Origin: Convolutriloba macropyga
Lineage: Eukaryota
Reading direction: 5' to 3'
Length of the DNA: 64,000 bases
NCBI RefSeq assembly: GCF_964194025.1
Contig: NW_027451295.1
Span: 1-64,000 of the forward strand
Shown: positions 46,635 through 58,455 of the stretch, piece after piece
Numbering within the stretch: position 1 is the first letter of the stretch
Layout of the letters: the number at the start of each line of letters is the position of its first letter
Position numbers and translations under genes: made by a program
The notes under the pieces: model-generated
The model's database searches: none
What the model saw: only the letters and a program-made list of their open reading frames with translations
Told to the model about the DNA's origin: nothing

Positions 46635-47687
46635 ATGGGGCGTGCTGCTGAGGATCTAGCATGGCGCTGGAAGCTTGTTCTTGAGTATGAGCGAGTGGGA
46701 AACTACTCTAAAGTCGCACAACGCCTACTATGCGATGCGAGAGTCGTGAAAAAGTGGGTGCTTCGCTATAAGGAGACTGGTGATGTGCAAGACAAGGACA
46801 GGTCTGGCAGACCCAGTGCAGGGTTGTCAAGGCCTGAGGTGCAGGAACTGCTGAAAGCAGGCATAGAGGATGGGCTGAAGTGTCCACAACTATCCAACAA
46901 GCTGAAGAAGGATATGGGAATCTCTGTGAGCAAGGAAACTGTGAGGTTGCATCTACATGCCAACTTGGGGCGGCCGCTTCGTCCACGAAAAAAGCCCCAG
47001 CTGACAGACAGCCACAAGGCCAAGCGCTTGGCTTTCTGTTTGCAGTGGGTGAACAGGGATTGGTCAAATGTGGCTGTGTCAGACTCTAAGATCTTTTGGC
47101 TCAGTCGAAAGGGCATTGGCAACAAGGTATGGGTGTTGTATGGGGCTGAACCACCTGTGGAGGCTGCGTACAGAGACTGCACCAAAGTTCATGCTTATGC
47201 AGCTGTCACCAGGTGGGGCAAAACTCCACTGTTCTTCACTGCAGGCACCACAGGAATTAAATTCCCATCTAAGGGAGTAGGTGCTCAGTTATACCTTCAA
47301 CTATTGGAGCAGCAGTTGGTTCCAGCCATAAGGGAGCTCATGAAGCAATGCAACGGCGTTCAAAGGGGGCGCCCCTGGATATTTCAGCAAGATGGGGCCC
47401 CAGCCCATAGGGCCAAGGTCACCAAGGCATGGCTAGCACAACAACCTGGCTTCACAGTGATGGAATGGCCCCCTAACAGCCCAGACTTGAGCTGGATTGA
47501 AAACCTATGGAGCGTGGTAGCTAAGCAACTTCACAAAAGGACAGATTTGACACCTCAAAATTTCGCTCAAGCAGTGATTGAAGAGTGGGATAGGATCCCT
47601 AGCAACACCTACATGGCATTGTACAATTCCATTCAGCGAAGGCTGAGGTCTTGTATTGAGAACAATGGAGGGCATACAAAATACTAG
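46635..47687 (+). CDS. Tc1-like DD35E transposase, copy 13
   Basis: Translation identical to copy 1. Confidence 0.93.
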   Translation: MGRAAEDLAWRWKLVLEYERVGNYSKVAQRLLCDARVVKKWVLRYKETGDVQDKDRSGRPSAGLSRPEVQELLKAGIEDGLKCPQLSNKLKKDMGISVSKETVRLHLHANLGRPLRPRKKPQLTDSHKAKRLAFCLQWVNRDWSNVAVSDSKIFWLSRKGIGNKVWVLYGAEPPVEAAYRDCTKVHAYAAVTRWGKTPLFFTAGTTGIKFPSKGVGAQLYLQLLEQQLVPAIRELMKQCNGVQRGRPWIFQQDGAPAHRAKVTKAWLAQQPGFTVMEWPPNSPDLSWIENLWSVVAKQLHKRTDLTPQNFAQAVIEEWDRIPSNTYMALYNSIQRRLRSCIENNGGHTKY

Positions 47688-47942
47688 GTTGGAAGCATAG
47701 CTACCATGATTTTGATGTAAATCTATCAACCTCAGTCAAAAACATGAATCACACAGTGGGTGCGAGGGTTGGCCTAGGTTTTCAGACCCTTTCTAGGTTT
47801 TTACTCCAAGGGGACGCCTCATGTAGTCGGCGCCGCCATTCCACGCTGATGTGCACTCAAAATATCATTGTTATCCTTCCACCAGTGCCACTTTGTTTGC
47901 ACGCACAGTTCTCCCGTAAGAATTTCAGTCTCTACGTACACA

Positions 47943-48995
47943 ATGGGGCGTGCTGCTGAGGATCTAGCATGGCGCTGGAAGCTTGTTCTTGAGTATGAGC
48001 GAGTGGGAAACTACTCTAAAGTCGCACAACGCCTACTATGCGATGCGAGAGTCGTGAAAAAGTGGGTGCTTCGCTATAAGGAGACTGGTGATGTGCAAGA
48101 CAAGGACAGGTCTGGCAGACCCAGTGCAGGGTTGTCAAGGCCTGAGGTGCAGGAACTGCTGAAAGCAGGCATAGAGGATGGGCTGAAGTGTCCACAACTA
48201 TCCAACAAGCTGAAGAAGGATATGGGAATCTCTGTGAGCAAGGAAACTGTGAGGTTGCATCTACATGCCAACTTGGGGCGGCCGCTTCGTCCACGAAAAA
48301 AGCCCCAGCTGACAGACAGCCACAAGGCCAAGCGCTTGGCTTTCTGTTTGCAGTGGGTGAACAGGGATTGGTCAAATGTGGCTGTGTCAGACTCTAAGAT
48401 CTTTTGGCTCAGTCGAAAGGGCATTGGCAACAAGGTATGGGTGTTGTATGGGGCTGAACCACCTGTGGAGGCTGCGTACAGAGACTGCACCAAAGTTCAT
48501 GCTTATGCAGCTGTCACCAGGTGGGGCAAAACTCCACTGTTCTTCACTGCAGGCACCACAGGAATTAAATTCCCATCTAAGGGAGTAGGTGCTCAGTTAT
48601 ACCTTCAACTATTGGAGCAGCAGTTGGTTCCAGCCATAAGGGAGCTCATGAAGCAATGCAACGGCGTTCAAAGGGGGCGCCCCTGGATATTTCAGCAAGA
48701 TGGGGCCCCAGCCCATAGGGCCAAGGTCACCAAGGCATGGCTAGCACAACAACCTGGCTTCACAGTGATGGAATGGCCCCCTAACAGCCCAGACTTGAGC
48801 TGGATTGAAAACCTATGGAGCGTGGTAGCTAAGCAACTTCACAAAAGGACAGATTTGACACCTCAAAATTTCGCTCAAGCAGTGATTGAAGAGTGGGATA
48901 GGATCCCTAGCAACACCTACATGGCATTGTACAATTCCATTCAGCGAAGGCTGAGGTCTTGTATTGAGAACAATGGAGGGCATACAAAATACTAG
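47943..48995 (+). CDS. Tc1-like DD35E transposase, copy 14
   Basis: Translation identical to copy 1. Confidence 0.93.
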   Translation: MGRAAEDLAWRWKLVLEYERVGNYSKVAQRLLCDARVVKKWVLRYKETGDVQDKDRSGRPSAGLSRPEVQELLKAGIEDGLKCPQLSNKLKKDMGISVSKETVRLHLHANLGRPLRPRKKPQLTDSHKAKRLAFCLQWVNRDWSNVAVSDSKIFWLSRKGIGNKVWVLYGAEPPVEAAYRDCTKVHAYAAVTRWGKTPLFFTAGTTGIKFPSKGVGAQLYLQLLEQQLVPAIRELMKQCNGVQRGRPWIFQQDGAPAHRAKVTKAWLAQQPGFTVMEWPPNSPDLSWIENLWSVVAKQLHKRTDLTPQNFAQAVIEEWDRIPSNTYMALYNSIQRRLRSCIENNGGHTKY

Positions 48996-49250
48996 GTTGG
49001 AAGCATAGCTACCATGATTTTGATGTAAATCTATCAACCTCAGTCAAAAACATGAATCACACTGTGGGTGCGAGGGTTGGCCTAGGTTTTCAGACCCTTT
49101 CTAGGTTTTTACTCCAAGGGGACGCCTCATGTAGTCGGCGCCGCCATTCCACGCTGATGTGCACTCAAAATATCATTGTTATCCTTCCACCAGTGCCACT
49201 TTGTTTGCACGCACAGTTCTCCCGTAAGAATTTCAGTCTCTACGTACACA

Positions 49251-50303
49251 ATGGGGCGTGCTGCTGAGGATCTAGCATGGCGCTGGAAGCTTGTTCTTGA
49301 GTATGAGCGAGTGGGAAACTACTCTAAAGTCGCACAACGCCTACTATGCGATGCGAGAGTCGTGAAAAAGTGGGTGCTTCGCTATAAGGAGACTGGTGAT
49401 GTGCAAGACAAGGACAGGTCTGGCAGACCCAGTGCAGGGTTGTCAAGGCCTGAGGTGCAGGAACTGCTGAAAGCAGGCATAGAGGATGGGCTGAAGTGTC
49501 CACAACTATCCAACAAGCTGAAGAAGGATATGGGAATCTCTGTGAGCAAGGAAACTGTGAGGTTGCATCTACATGCCAACTTGGGGCGGCCGCTTCGTCC
49601 ACGAAAAAAGCCCCAGCTGACAGACAGCCACAAGGCCAAGCGCTTGGCTTTCTGTTTGCAGTGGGTGAACAGGGATTGGTCAAATGTGGCTGTGTCAGAC
49701 TCTAAGATCTTTTGGCTCAGTCGAAAGGGCATTGGCAACAAGGTATGGGTGTTGTATGGGGCTGAACCACCTGTGGAGGCTGCGTACAGAGACTGCACCA
49801 AAGTTCATGCTTATGCAGCTGTCACCAGGTGGGGCAAAACTCCACTGTTCTTCACTGCAGGCACCACAGGAATTAAATTCCCATCTAAGGGAGTAGGTGC
49901 TCAGTTATACCTTCAACTATTGGAGCAGCAGTTGGTTCCAGCCATAAGGGAGCTCATGAAGCAATGCAACGGCGTTCAAAGGGGGCGCCCCTGGATATTT
50001 CAGCAAGATGGGGCCCCAGCCCATAGGGCCAAGGTCACCAAGGCATGGCTAGCACAACAACCTGGCTTCACAGTGATGGAATGGCCCCCTAACAGCCCAG
50101 ACTTGAGCTGGATTGAAAACCTATGGAGCGTGGTAGCTAAGCAACTTCACAAAAGGACAGATTTGACACCTCAAAATTTCGCTCAAGCAGTGATTGAAGA
50201 GTGGGATAGGATCCCTAGCAACACCTACATGGCATTGTACAATTCCATTCAGCGAAGGCTGAGGTCTTGTATTGAGAACAATGGAGGGCATACAAAATAC
50301 TAG
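49251..50303 (+). CDS. Tc1-like DD35E transposase, copy 15
   Basis: Translation identical to copy 1. Confidence 0.93.
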   Translation: MGRAAEDLAWRWKLVLEYERVGNYSKVAQRLLCDARVVKKWVLRYKETGDVQDKDRSGRPSAGLSRPEVQELLKAGIEDGLKCPQLSNKLKKDMGISVSKETVRLHLHANLGRPLRPRKKPQLTDSHKAKRLAFCLQWVNRDWSNVAVSDSKIFWLSRKGIGNKVWVLYGAEPPVEAAYRDCTKVHAYAAVTRWGKTPLFFTAGTTGIKFPSKGVGAQLYLQLLEQQLVPAIRELMKQCNGVQRGRPWIFQQDGAPAHRAKVTKAWLAQQPGFTVMEWPPNSPDLSWIENLWSVVAKQLHKRTDLTPQNFAQAVIEEWDRIPSNTYMALYNSIQRRLRSCIENNGGHTKY

Positions 50304-50369
50304 GTTGGAAGCATAGCTACCATGATTTTGATGTAAATCTATCAACCTCAGTCAAAAACATGAATCACA

Positions 50370-51729
50370 CACTACTCCAATAAAGTTCATGCAGTATGGA
50401 TTTTGCAGGGTTAATGGCCACTAAGGGGCATGATGTTCAAAACATCCCCCCAAAGGCTCCTTATGTATGTCTTGCATGAGGCTATGGGGTATAGGGGCTG
50501 TGCATTGGCTATTTGGCTGCAGTAGTGACTGTAAACCAGGGGGTCCTTGAATGTGTTGCATGGAGCTAGACCTCGTTTTTGCCCAAAACAAGGCCATTTT
50601 CGTGGCCATAGAGCACTTGGGAGGGATGGAGCATGGGAGGGATAACGGGATGGCAGTAATTGCTTGCTTTTGCGCTAGTTGTCCACCAAGGGACATGCCT
50701 AGAAACCATGTGGCCTAGCACCTATGGCAATTACATGTTGGTGTCAGAGGTTTCAGAACTGATGGGGATGAGGGCAGGCCAATGTGGTGCCTATGGTGGG
50801 ACCCTATTTCGCGACCCATACCCTAATGAACCTGATTAGGGTGACAATAGGGCCCCACAGTCATCCGTATGAGGCCCTATGAGTATCACAGGGTGATTCC
50901 AAACCCTTAGGGTTAGGGAGAGATTTAGCCAAAACTGAGCAAAACATGCCAAATTGAGGTTCCCAGCAATTGACATGGGCCATAGAGGGTCAAGAGCTCA
51001 AAGATAGCCAAACCTTCGAATAGAGAAGTTGTGAAGCTATGAATTTTACCCCACATGAAGGGGTAGCTCGCCCACCATGGCCTTGGCATGACTCTGCTAT
51101 GGGGGCCTAGAGACAGTACAATTGAAAGTGCCAAAAACAGAAAATTGGCTGTACAGGCCCAGGGAGGCCTCAGATGGCGATTTTGACCGATTTTTTGAGG
51201 CATGTGCGTAAACTAAGTTGAAAACTTATGTTTACTTGGGCTTCCCCGCACCCTATGCCACTTTCGGGGCCCCCGTCCGAGCTCTCGTGGCGAAGATAGC
51301 TCTCGGCCGCCCCCCTAAATCCCCTCAAATGCGCCCATCAAACTGGCTGCCCACAACATCCCACGTCCCTCTACCCCATGTCTTCCACACTCATTTTTGT
51401 GTTCTCTTGGCCATGGAACCTTCACATCTTGAGGTGTGTCGCCGATTTATGGAGTTACTACCATGCCAGAGTCGCCCAAGCCCTGGCACAGCCATGTACT
51501 ACCTAGGTACTGTGAAAGCCAAGTACTGTAACCACCTCAGGTACCTAATACATCACATCATTTAACAACTCAAATCAAGGATTATGAACCTGAAATCATG
51601 TGAGCTGTAAGCCCTAGGGATAATGTCCACGTGACCTGGATAGGGTCTCAACCCTATCAATGTAAACCCTACAATACCACAATGACCAAAATGCCCAAAA
51701 ACACATGCATGAACTTTTTTGGATTAGTG
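50370..51729. mobile_element. Module A copy 4
   Basis: Same as A1; flanked CA|...|TG. Confidence 0.9.
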
Positions 51730-51915
51730 TGGGTGCGAGGGTTGGCCTAGGTTTTCAGACCCTTTCTAGGTTTTTACTCCAAGGGGACGCCTCATGTAGT
51801 CGGCGCCGCCATTCCACGCTGATGTGCACTCAAAATATCATTGTTATCCTTCCACCAGTGCCACTTTGTTTGCACGCACAGTTCTCCCGTAAGAATTTCA
51901 GTCTCTACGTACACA

Positions 51916-52968
51916 ATGGGGCGTGCTGCTGAGGATCTAGCATGGCGCTGGAAGCTTGTTCTTGAGTATGAGCGAGTGGGAAACTACTCTAAAGTCGCAC
52001 AACGCCTACTATGCGATGCGAGAGTCGTGAAAAAGTGGGTGCTTCGCTATAAGGAGACTGGTGATGTGCAAGACAAGGACAGGTCTGGCAGACCCAGTGC
52101 AGGGTTGTCAAGGCCTGAGGTGCAGGAACTGCTGAAAGCAGGCATAGAGGATGGGCTGAAGTGTCCACAACTATCCAACAAGCTGAAGAAGGATATGGGA
52201 ATCTCTGTGAGCAAGGAAACTGTGAGGTTGCATCTACATGCCAACTTGGGGCGGCCGCTTCGTCCACGAAAAAAGCCCCAGCTGACAGACAGCCACAAGG
52301 CCAAGCGCTTGGCTTTCTGTTTGCAGTGGGTGAACAGGGATTGGTCAAATGTGGCTGTGTCAGACTCTAAGATCTTTTGGCTCAGTCGAAAGGGCATTGG
52401 CAACAAGGTATGGGTGTTGTATGGGGCTGAACCACCTGTGGAGGCTGCGTACAGAGACTGCACCAAAGTTCATGCTTATGCAGCTGTCACCAGGTGGGGC
52501 AAAACTCCACTGTTCTTCACTGCAGGCACCACAGGAATTAAATTCCCATCTAAGGGAGTAGGTGCTCAGTTATACCTTCAACTATTGGAGCAGCAGTTGG
52601 TTCCAGCCATAAGGGAGCTCATGAAGCAATGCAACGGCGTTCAAAGGGGGCGCCCCTGGATATTTCAGCAAGATGGGGCCCCAGCCCATAGGGCCAAGGT
52701 CACCAAGGCATGGCTAGCACAACAACCTGGCTTCACAGTGATGGAATGGCCCCCTAACAGCCCAGACTTGAGCTGGATTGAAAACCTATGGAGCGTGGTA
52801 GCTAAGCAACTTCACAAAAGGACAGATTTGACACCTCAAAATTTCGCTCAAGCAGTGATTGAAGAGTGGGATAGGATCCCTAGCAACACCTACATGGCAT
52901 TGTACAATTCCATTCAGCGAAGGCTGAGGTCTTGTATTGAGAACAATGGAGGGCATACAAAATACTAG
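51916..52968 (+). CDS. Tc1-like DD35E transposase, copy 16
   Basis: Translation identical to copy 1. Confidence 0.93.
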   Translation: MGRAAEDLAWRWKLVLEYERVGNYSKVAQRLLCDARVVKKWVLRYKETGDVQDKDRSGRPSAGLSRPEVQELLKAGIEDGLKCPQLSNKLKKDMGISVSKETVRLHLHANLGRPLRPRKKPQLTDSHKAKRLAFCLQWVNRDWSNVAVSDSKIFWLSRKGIGNKVWVLYGAEPPVEAAYRDCTKVHAYAAVTRWGKTPLFFTAGTTGIKFPSKGVGAQLYLQLLEQQLVPAIRELMKQCNGVQRGRPWIFQQDGAPAHRAKVTKAWLAQQPGFTVMEWPPNSPDLSWIENLWSVVAKQLHKRTDLTPQNFAQAVIEEWDRIPSNTYMALYNSIQRRLRSCIENNGGHTKY

Positions 52969-53223
52969 GTTGGAAGCATAGCTACCATGATTTTGATGTA
53001 AATCTATCAACCTCAGTCAAAAACATGAATCACACTGTGGGTGCGAGGGTTGGCCTAGGTTTTCAGACCCTTTCTAGGTTTTTACTCCAAGGGGACGCCT
53101 CATGTAGTCGGCGCCGCCATTCCACGCTGATGTGCACTCAAAATATCATTGTTATCCTTCCACCAGTGCCACTTTGTTTGCACGCACAGTTCTCCCGTAA
53201 GAATTTCAGTCTCTACGTACACA

Positions 53224-54276
53224 ATGGGGCGTGCTGCTGAGGATCTAGCATGGCGCTGGAAGCTTGTTCTTGAGTATGAGCGAGTGGGAAACTACTCTAA
53301 AGTCGCACAACGCCTACTATGCGATGCGAGAGTCGTGAAAAAGTGGGTGCTTCGCTATAAGGAGACTGGTGATGTGCAAGACAAGGACAGGTCTGGCAGA
53401 CCCAGTGCAGGGTTGTCAAGGCCTGAGGTGCAGGAACTGCTGAAAGCAGGCATAGAGGATGGGCTGAAGTGTCCACAACTATCCAACAAGCTGAAGAAGG
53501 ATATGGGAATCTCTGTGAGCAAGGAAACTGTGAGGTTGCATCTACATGCCAACTTGGGGCGGCCGCTTCGTCCACGAAAAAAGCCCCAGCTGACAGACAG
53601 CCACAAGGCCAAGCGCTTGGCTTTCTGTTTGCAGTGGGTGAACAGGGATTGGTCAAATGTGGCTGTGTCAGACTCTAAGATCTTTTGGCTCAGTCGAAAG
53701 GGCATTGGCAACAAGGTATGGGTGTTGTATGGGGCTGAACCACCTGTGGAGGCTGCGTACAGAGACTGCACCAAAGTTCATGCTTATGCAGCTGTCACCA
53801 GGTGGGGCAAAACTCCACTGTTCTTCACTGCAGGCACCACAGGAATTAAATTCCCATCTAAGGGAGTAGGTGCTCAGTTATACCTTCAACTATTGGAGCA
53901 GCAGTTGGTTCCAGCCATAAGGGAGCTCATGAAGCAATGCAACGGCGTTCAAAGGGGGCGCCCCTGGATATTTCAGCAAGATGGGGCCCCAGCCCATAGG
54001 GCCAAGGTCACCAAGGCATGGCTAGCACAACAACCTGGCTTCACAGTGATGGAATGGCCCCCTAACAGCCCAGACTTGAGCTGGATTGAAAACCTATGGA
54101 GCGTGGTAGCTAAGCAACTTCACAAAAGGACAGATTTGACACCTCAAAATTTCGCTCAAGCAGTGATTGAAGAGTGGGATAGGATCCCTAGCAACACCTA
54201 CATGGCATTGTACAATTCCATTCAGCGAAGGCTGAGGTCTTGTATTGAGAACAATGGAGGGCATACAAAATACTAG
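53224..54276 (+). CDS. Tc1-like DD35E transposase, copy 17
   Basis: Translation identical to copy 1. Confidence 0.93.
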   Translation: MGRAAEDLAWRWKLVLEYERVGNYSKVAQRLLCDARVVKKWVLRYKETGDVQDKDRSGRPSAGLSRPEVQELLKAGIEDGLKCPQLSNKLKKDMGISVSKETVRLHLHANLGRPLRPRKKPQLTDSHKAKRLAFCLQWVNRDWSNVAVSDSKIFWLSRKGIGNKVWVLYGAEPPVEAAYRDCTKVHAYAAVTRWGKTPLFFTAGTTGIKFPSKGVGAQLYLQLLEQQLVPAIRELMKQCNGVQRGRPWIFQQDGAPAHRAKVTKAWLAQQPGFTVMEWPPNSPDLSWIENLWSVVAKQLHKRTDLTPQNFAQAVIEEWDRIPSNTYMALYNSIQRRLRSCIENNGGHTKY

Positions 54277-54531
54277 GTTGGAAGCATAGCTACCATGATT
54301 TTGATGTAAATCTATCAACCTCAGTCAAAAACATGAATCACACAGTGGGTGCGAGGGTTGGCCTAGGTTTTCAGACCCTTTCTAGGTTTTTACTCCAAGG
54401 GGACGCCTCATGTAGTCGGCGCCGCCATTCCACGCTGATGTGCACTCAAAATATCATTGTTATCCTTCCACCAGTGCCACTTTGTTTGCACGCACAGTTC
54501 TCCCGTAAGAATTTCAGTCTCTACGTACACA

Positions 54532-55584
54532 ATGGGGCGTGCTGCTGAGGATCTAGCATGGCGCTGGAAGCTTGTTCTTGAGTATGAGCGAGTGGGAAAC
54601 TACTCTAAAGTCGCACAACGCCTACTATGCGATGCGAGAGTCGTGAAAAAGTGGGTGCTTCGCTATAAGGAGACTGGTGATGTGCAAGACAAGGACAGGT
54701 CTGGCAGACCCAGTGCAGGGTTGTCAAGGCCTGAGGTGCAGGAACTGCTGAAAGCAGGCATAGAGGATGGGCTGAAGTGTCCACAACTATCCAACAAGCT
54801 GAAGAAGGATATGGGAATCTCTGTGAGCAAGGAAACTGTGAGGTTGCATCTACATGCCAACTTGGGGCGGCCGCTTCGTCCACGAAAAAAGCCCCAGCTG
54901 ACAGACAGCCACAAGGCCAAGCGCTTGGCTTTCTGTTTGCAGTGGGTGAACAGGGATTGGTCAAATGTGGCTGTGTCAGACTCTAAGATCTTTTGGCTCA
55001 GTCGAAAGGGCATTGGCAACAAGGTATGGGTGTTGTATGGGGCTGAACCACCTGTGGAGGCTGCGTACAGAGACTGCACCAAAGTTCATGCTTATGCAGC
55101 TGTCACCAGGTGGGGCAAAACTCCACTGTTCTTCACTGCAGGCACCACAGGAATTAAATTCCCATCTAAGGGAGTAGGTGCTCAGTTATACCTTCAACTA
55201 TTGGAGCAGCAGTTGGTTCCAGCCATAAGGGAGCTCATGAAGCAATGCAACGGCGTTCAAAGGGGGCGCCCCTGGATATTTCAGCAAGATGGGGCCCCAG
55301 CCCATAGGGCCAAGGTCACCAAGGCATGGCTAGCACAACAACCTGGCTTCACAGTGATGGAATGGCCCCCTAACAGCCCAGACTTGAGCTGGATTGAAAA
55401 CCTATGGAGCGTGGTAGCTAAGCAACTTCACAAAAGGACAGATTTGACACCTCAAAATTTCGCTCAAGCAGTGATTGAAGAGTGGGATAGGATCCCTAGC
55501 AACACCTACATGGCATTGTACAATTCCATTCAGCGAAGGCTGAGGTCTTGTATTGAGAACAATGGAGGGCATACAAAATACTAG
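54532..55584 (+). CDS. Tc1-like DD35E transposase, copy 18
   Basis: Translation identical to copy 1. Confidence 0.93.
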   Translation: MGRAAEDLAWRWKLVLEYERVGNYSKVAQRLLCDARVVKKWVLRYKETGDVQDKDRSGRPSAGLSRPEVQELLKAGIEDGLKCPQLSNKLKKDMGISVSKETVRLHLHANLGRPLRPRKKPQLTDSHKAKRLAFCLQWVNRDWSNVAVSDSKIFWLSRKGIGNKVWVLYGAEPPVEAAYRDCTKVHAYAAVTRWGKTPLFFTAGTTGIKFPSKGVGAQLYLQLLEQQLVPAIRELMKQCNGVQRGRPWIFQQDGAPAHRAKVTKAWLAQQPGFTVMEWPPNSPDLSWIENLWSVVAKQLHKRTDLTPQNFAQAVIEEWDRIPSNTYMALYNSIQRRLRSCIENNGGHTKY

Positions 55585-55839
55585 GTTGGAAGCATAGCTA
55601 CCATGATTTTGATGTAAATCTATCAACCTCAGTCAAAAACATGAATCACACTGTGGGTGCGAGGGTTGGCCTAGGTTTTCAGACCCTTTCTAGGTTTTTA
55701 CTCCAAGGGGACGCCTCATGTAGTCGGCGCCGCCATTCCACGCTGATGTGCACTCAAAATATCATTGTTATCCTTCCACCAGTGCCACTTTGTTTGCACG
55801 CACAGTTCTCCCGTAAGAATTTCAGTCTCTACGTACACA

Positions 55840-56892
55840 ATGGGGCGTGCTGCTGAGGATCTAGCATGGCGCTGGAAGCTTGTTCTTGAGTATGAGCGAG
55901 TGGGAAACTACTCTAAAGTCGCACAACGCCTACTATGCGATGCGAGAGTCGTGAAAAAGTGGGTGCTTCGCTATAAGGAGACTGGTGATGTGCAAGACAA
56001 GGACAGGTCTGGCAGACCCAGTGCAGGGTTGTCAAGGCCTGAGGTGCAGGAACTGCTGAAAGCAGGCATAGAGGATGGGCTGAAGTGTCCACAACTATCC
56101 AACAAGCTGAAGAAGGATATGGGAATCTCTGTGAGCAAGGAAACTGTGAGGTTGCATCTACATGCCAACTTGGGGCGGCCGCTTCGTCCACGAAAAAAGC
56201 CCCAGCTGACAGACAGCCACAAGGCCAAGCGCTTGGCTTTCTGTTTGCAGTGGGTGAACAGGGATTGGTCAAATGTGGCTGTGTCAGACTCTAAGATCTT
56301 TTGGCTCAGTCGAAAGGGCATTGGCAACAAGGTATGGGTGTTGTATGGGGCTGAACCACCTGTGGAGGCTGCGTACAGAGACTGCACCAAAGTTCATGCT
56401 TATGCAGCTGTCACCAGGTGGGGCAAAACTCCACTGTTCTTCACTGCAGGCACCACAGGAATTAAATTCCCATCTAAGGGAGTAGGTGCTCAGTTATACC
56501 TTCAACTATTGGAGCAGCAGTTGGTTCCAGCCATAAGGGAGCTCATGAAGCAATGCAACGGCGTTCAAAGGGGGCGCCCCTGGATATTTCAGCAAGATGG
56601 GGCCCCAGCCCATAGGGCCAAGGTCACCAAGGCATGGCTAGCACAACAACCTGGCTTCACAGTGATGGAATGGCCCCCTAACAGCCCAGACTTGAGCTGG
56701 ATTGAAAACCTATGGAGCGTGGTAGCTAAGCAACTTCACAAAAGGACAGATTTGACACCTCAAAATTTCGCTCAAGCAGTGATTGAAGAGTGGGATAGGA
56801 TCCCTAGCAACACCTACATGGCATTGTACAATTCCATTCAGCGAAGGCTGAGGTCTTGTATTGAGAACAATGGAGGGCATACAAAATACTAG
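55840..56892 (+). CDS. Tc1-like DD35E transposase, copy 19
   Basis: Translation identical to copy 1. Confidence 0.93.
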   Translation: MGRAAEDLAWRWKLVLEYERVGNYSKVAQRLLCDARVVKKWVLRYKETGDVQDKDRSGRPSAGLSRPEVQELLKAGIEDGLKCPQLSNKLKKDMGISVSKETVRLHLHANLGRPLRPRKKPQLTDSHKAKRLAFCLQWVNRDWSNVAVSDSKIFWLSRKGIGNKVWVLYGAEPPVEAAYRDCTKVHAYAAVTRWGKTPLFFTAGTTGIKFPSKGVGAQLYLQLLEQQLVPAIRELMKQCNGVQRGRPWIFQQDGAPAHRAKVTKAWLAQQPGFTVMEWPPNSPDLSWIENLWSVVAKQLHKRTDLTPQNFAQAVIEEWDRIPSNTYMALYNSIQRRLRSCIENNGGHTKY

Positions 56893-57147
56893 GTTGGAAG
56901 CATAGCTACCATGATTTTGATGTAAATCTATCAACCTCAGTCAAAAACATGAATCACACAGTGGGTGCGAGGGTTGGCCTAGGTTTTCAGACCCTTTCTA
57001 GGTTTTTACTCCAAGGGGACGCCTCATGTAGTCGGCGCCGCCATTCCACGCTGATGTGCACTCAAAATATCATTGTTATCCTTCCACCAGTGCCACTTTG
57101 TTTGCACGCACAGTTCTCCCGTAAGAATTTCAGTCTCTACGTACACA

Positions 57148-58200
57148 ATGGGGCGTGCTGCTGAGGATCTAGCATGGCGCTGGAAGCTTGTTCTTGAGTA
57201 TGAGCGAGTGGGAAACTACTCTAAAGTCGCACAACGCCTACTATGCGATGCGAGAGTCGTGAAAAAGTGGGTGCTTCGCTATAAGGAGACTGGTGATGTG
57301 CAAGACAAGGACAGGTCTGGCAGACCCAGTGCAGGGTTGTCAAGGCCTGAGGTGCAGGAACTGCTGAAAGCAGGCATAGAGGATGGGCTGAAGTGTCCAC
57401 AACTATCCAACAAGCTGAAGAAGGATATGGGAATCTCTGTGAGCAAGGAAACTGTGAGGTTGCATCTACATGCCAACTTGGGGCGGCCGCTTCGTCCACG
57501 AAAAAAGCCCCAGCTGACAGACAGCCACAAGGCCAAGCGCTTGGCTTTCTGTTTGCAGTGGGTGAACAGGGATTGGTCAAATGTGGCTGTGTCAGACTCT
57601 AAGATCTTTTGGCTCAGTCGAAAGGGCATTGGCAACAAGGTATGGGTGTTGTATGGGGCTGAACCACCTGTGGAGGCTGCGTACAGAGACTGCACCAAAG
57701 TTCATGCTTATGCAGCTGTCACCAGGTGGGGCAAAACTCCACTGTTCTTCACTGCAGGCACCACAGGAATTAAATTCCCATCTAAGGGAGTAGGTGCTCA
57801 GTTATACCTTCAACTATTGGAGCAGCAGTTGGTTCCAGCCATAAGGGAGCTCATGAAGCAATGCAACGGCGTTCAAAGGGGGCGCCCCTGGATATTTCAG
57901 CAAGATGGGGCCCCAGCCCATAGGGCCAAGGTCACCAAGGCATGGCTAGCACAACAACCTGGCTTCACAGTGATGGAATGGCCCCCTAACAGCCCAGACT
58001 TGAGCTGGATTGAAAACCTATGGAGCGTGGTAGCTAAGCAACTTCACAAAAGGACAGATTTGACACCTCAAAATTTCGCTCAAGCAGTGATTGAAGAGTG
58101 GGATAGGATCCCTAGCAACACCTACATGGCATTGTACAATTCCATTCAGCGAAGGCTGAGGTCTTGTATTGAGAACAATGGAGGGCATACAAAATACTAG
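57148..58200 (+). CDS. Tc1-like DD35E transposase, copy 20
   Basis: Translation identical to copy 1. Confidence 0.93.
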   Translation: MGRAAEDLAWRWKLVLEYERVGNYSKVAQRLLCDARVVKKWVLRYKETGDVQDKDRSGRPSAGLSRPEVQELLKAGIEDGLKCPQLSNKLKKDMGISVSKETVRLHLHANLGRPLRPRKKPQLTDSHKAKRLAFCLQWVNRDWSNVAVSDSKIFWLSRKGIGNKVWVLYGAEPPVEAAYRDCTKVHAYAAVTRWGKTPLFFTAGTTGIKFPSKGVGAQLYLQLLEQQLVPAIRELMKQCNGVQRGRPWIFQQDGAPAHRAKVTKAWLAQQPGFTVMEWPPNSPDLSWIENLWSVVAKQLHKRTDLTPQNFAQAVIEEWDRIPSNTYMALYNSIQRRLRSCIENNGGHTKY

Positions 58201-58455
58201 GTTGGAAGCATAGCTACCATGATTTTGATGTAAATCTATCAACCTCAGTCAAAAACATGAATCACACTGTGGGTGCGAGGGTTGGCCTAGGTTTTCAGAC
58301 CCTTTCTAGGTTTTTACTCCAAGGGGACGCCTCATGTAGTCGGCGCCGCCATTCCACGCTGATGTGCACTCAAAATATCATTGTTATCCTTCCACCAGTG
58401 CCACTTTGTTTGCACGCACAGTTCTCCCGTAAGAATTTCAGTCTCTACGTACACA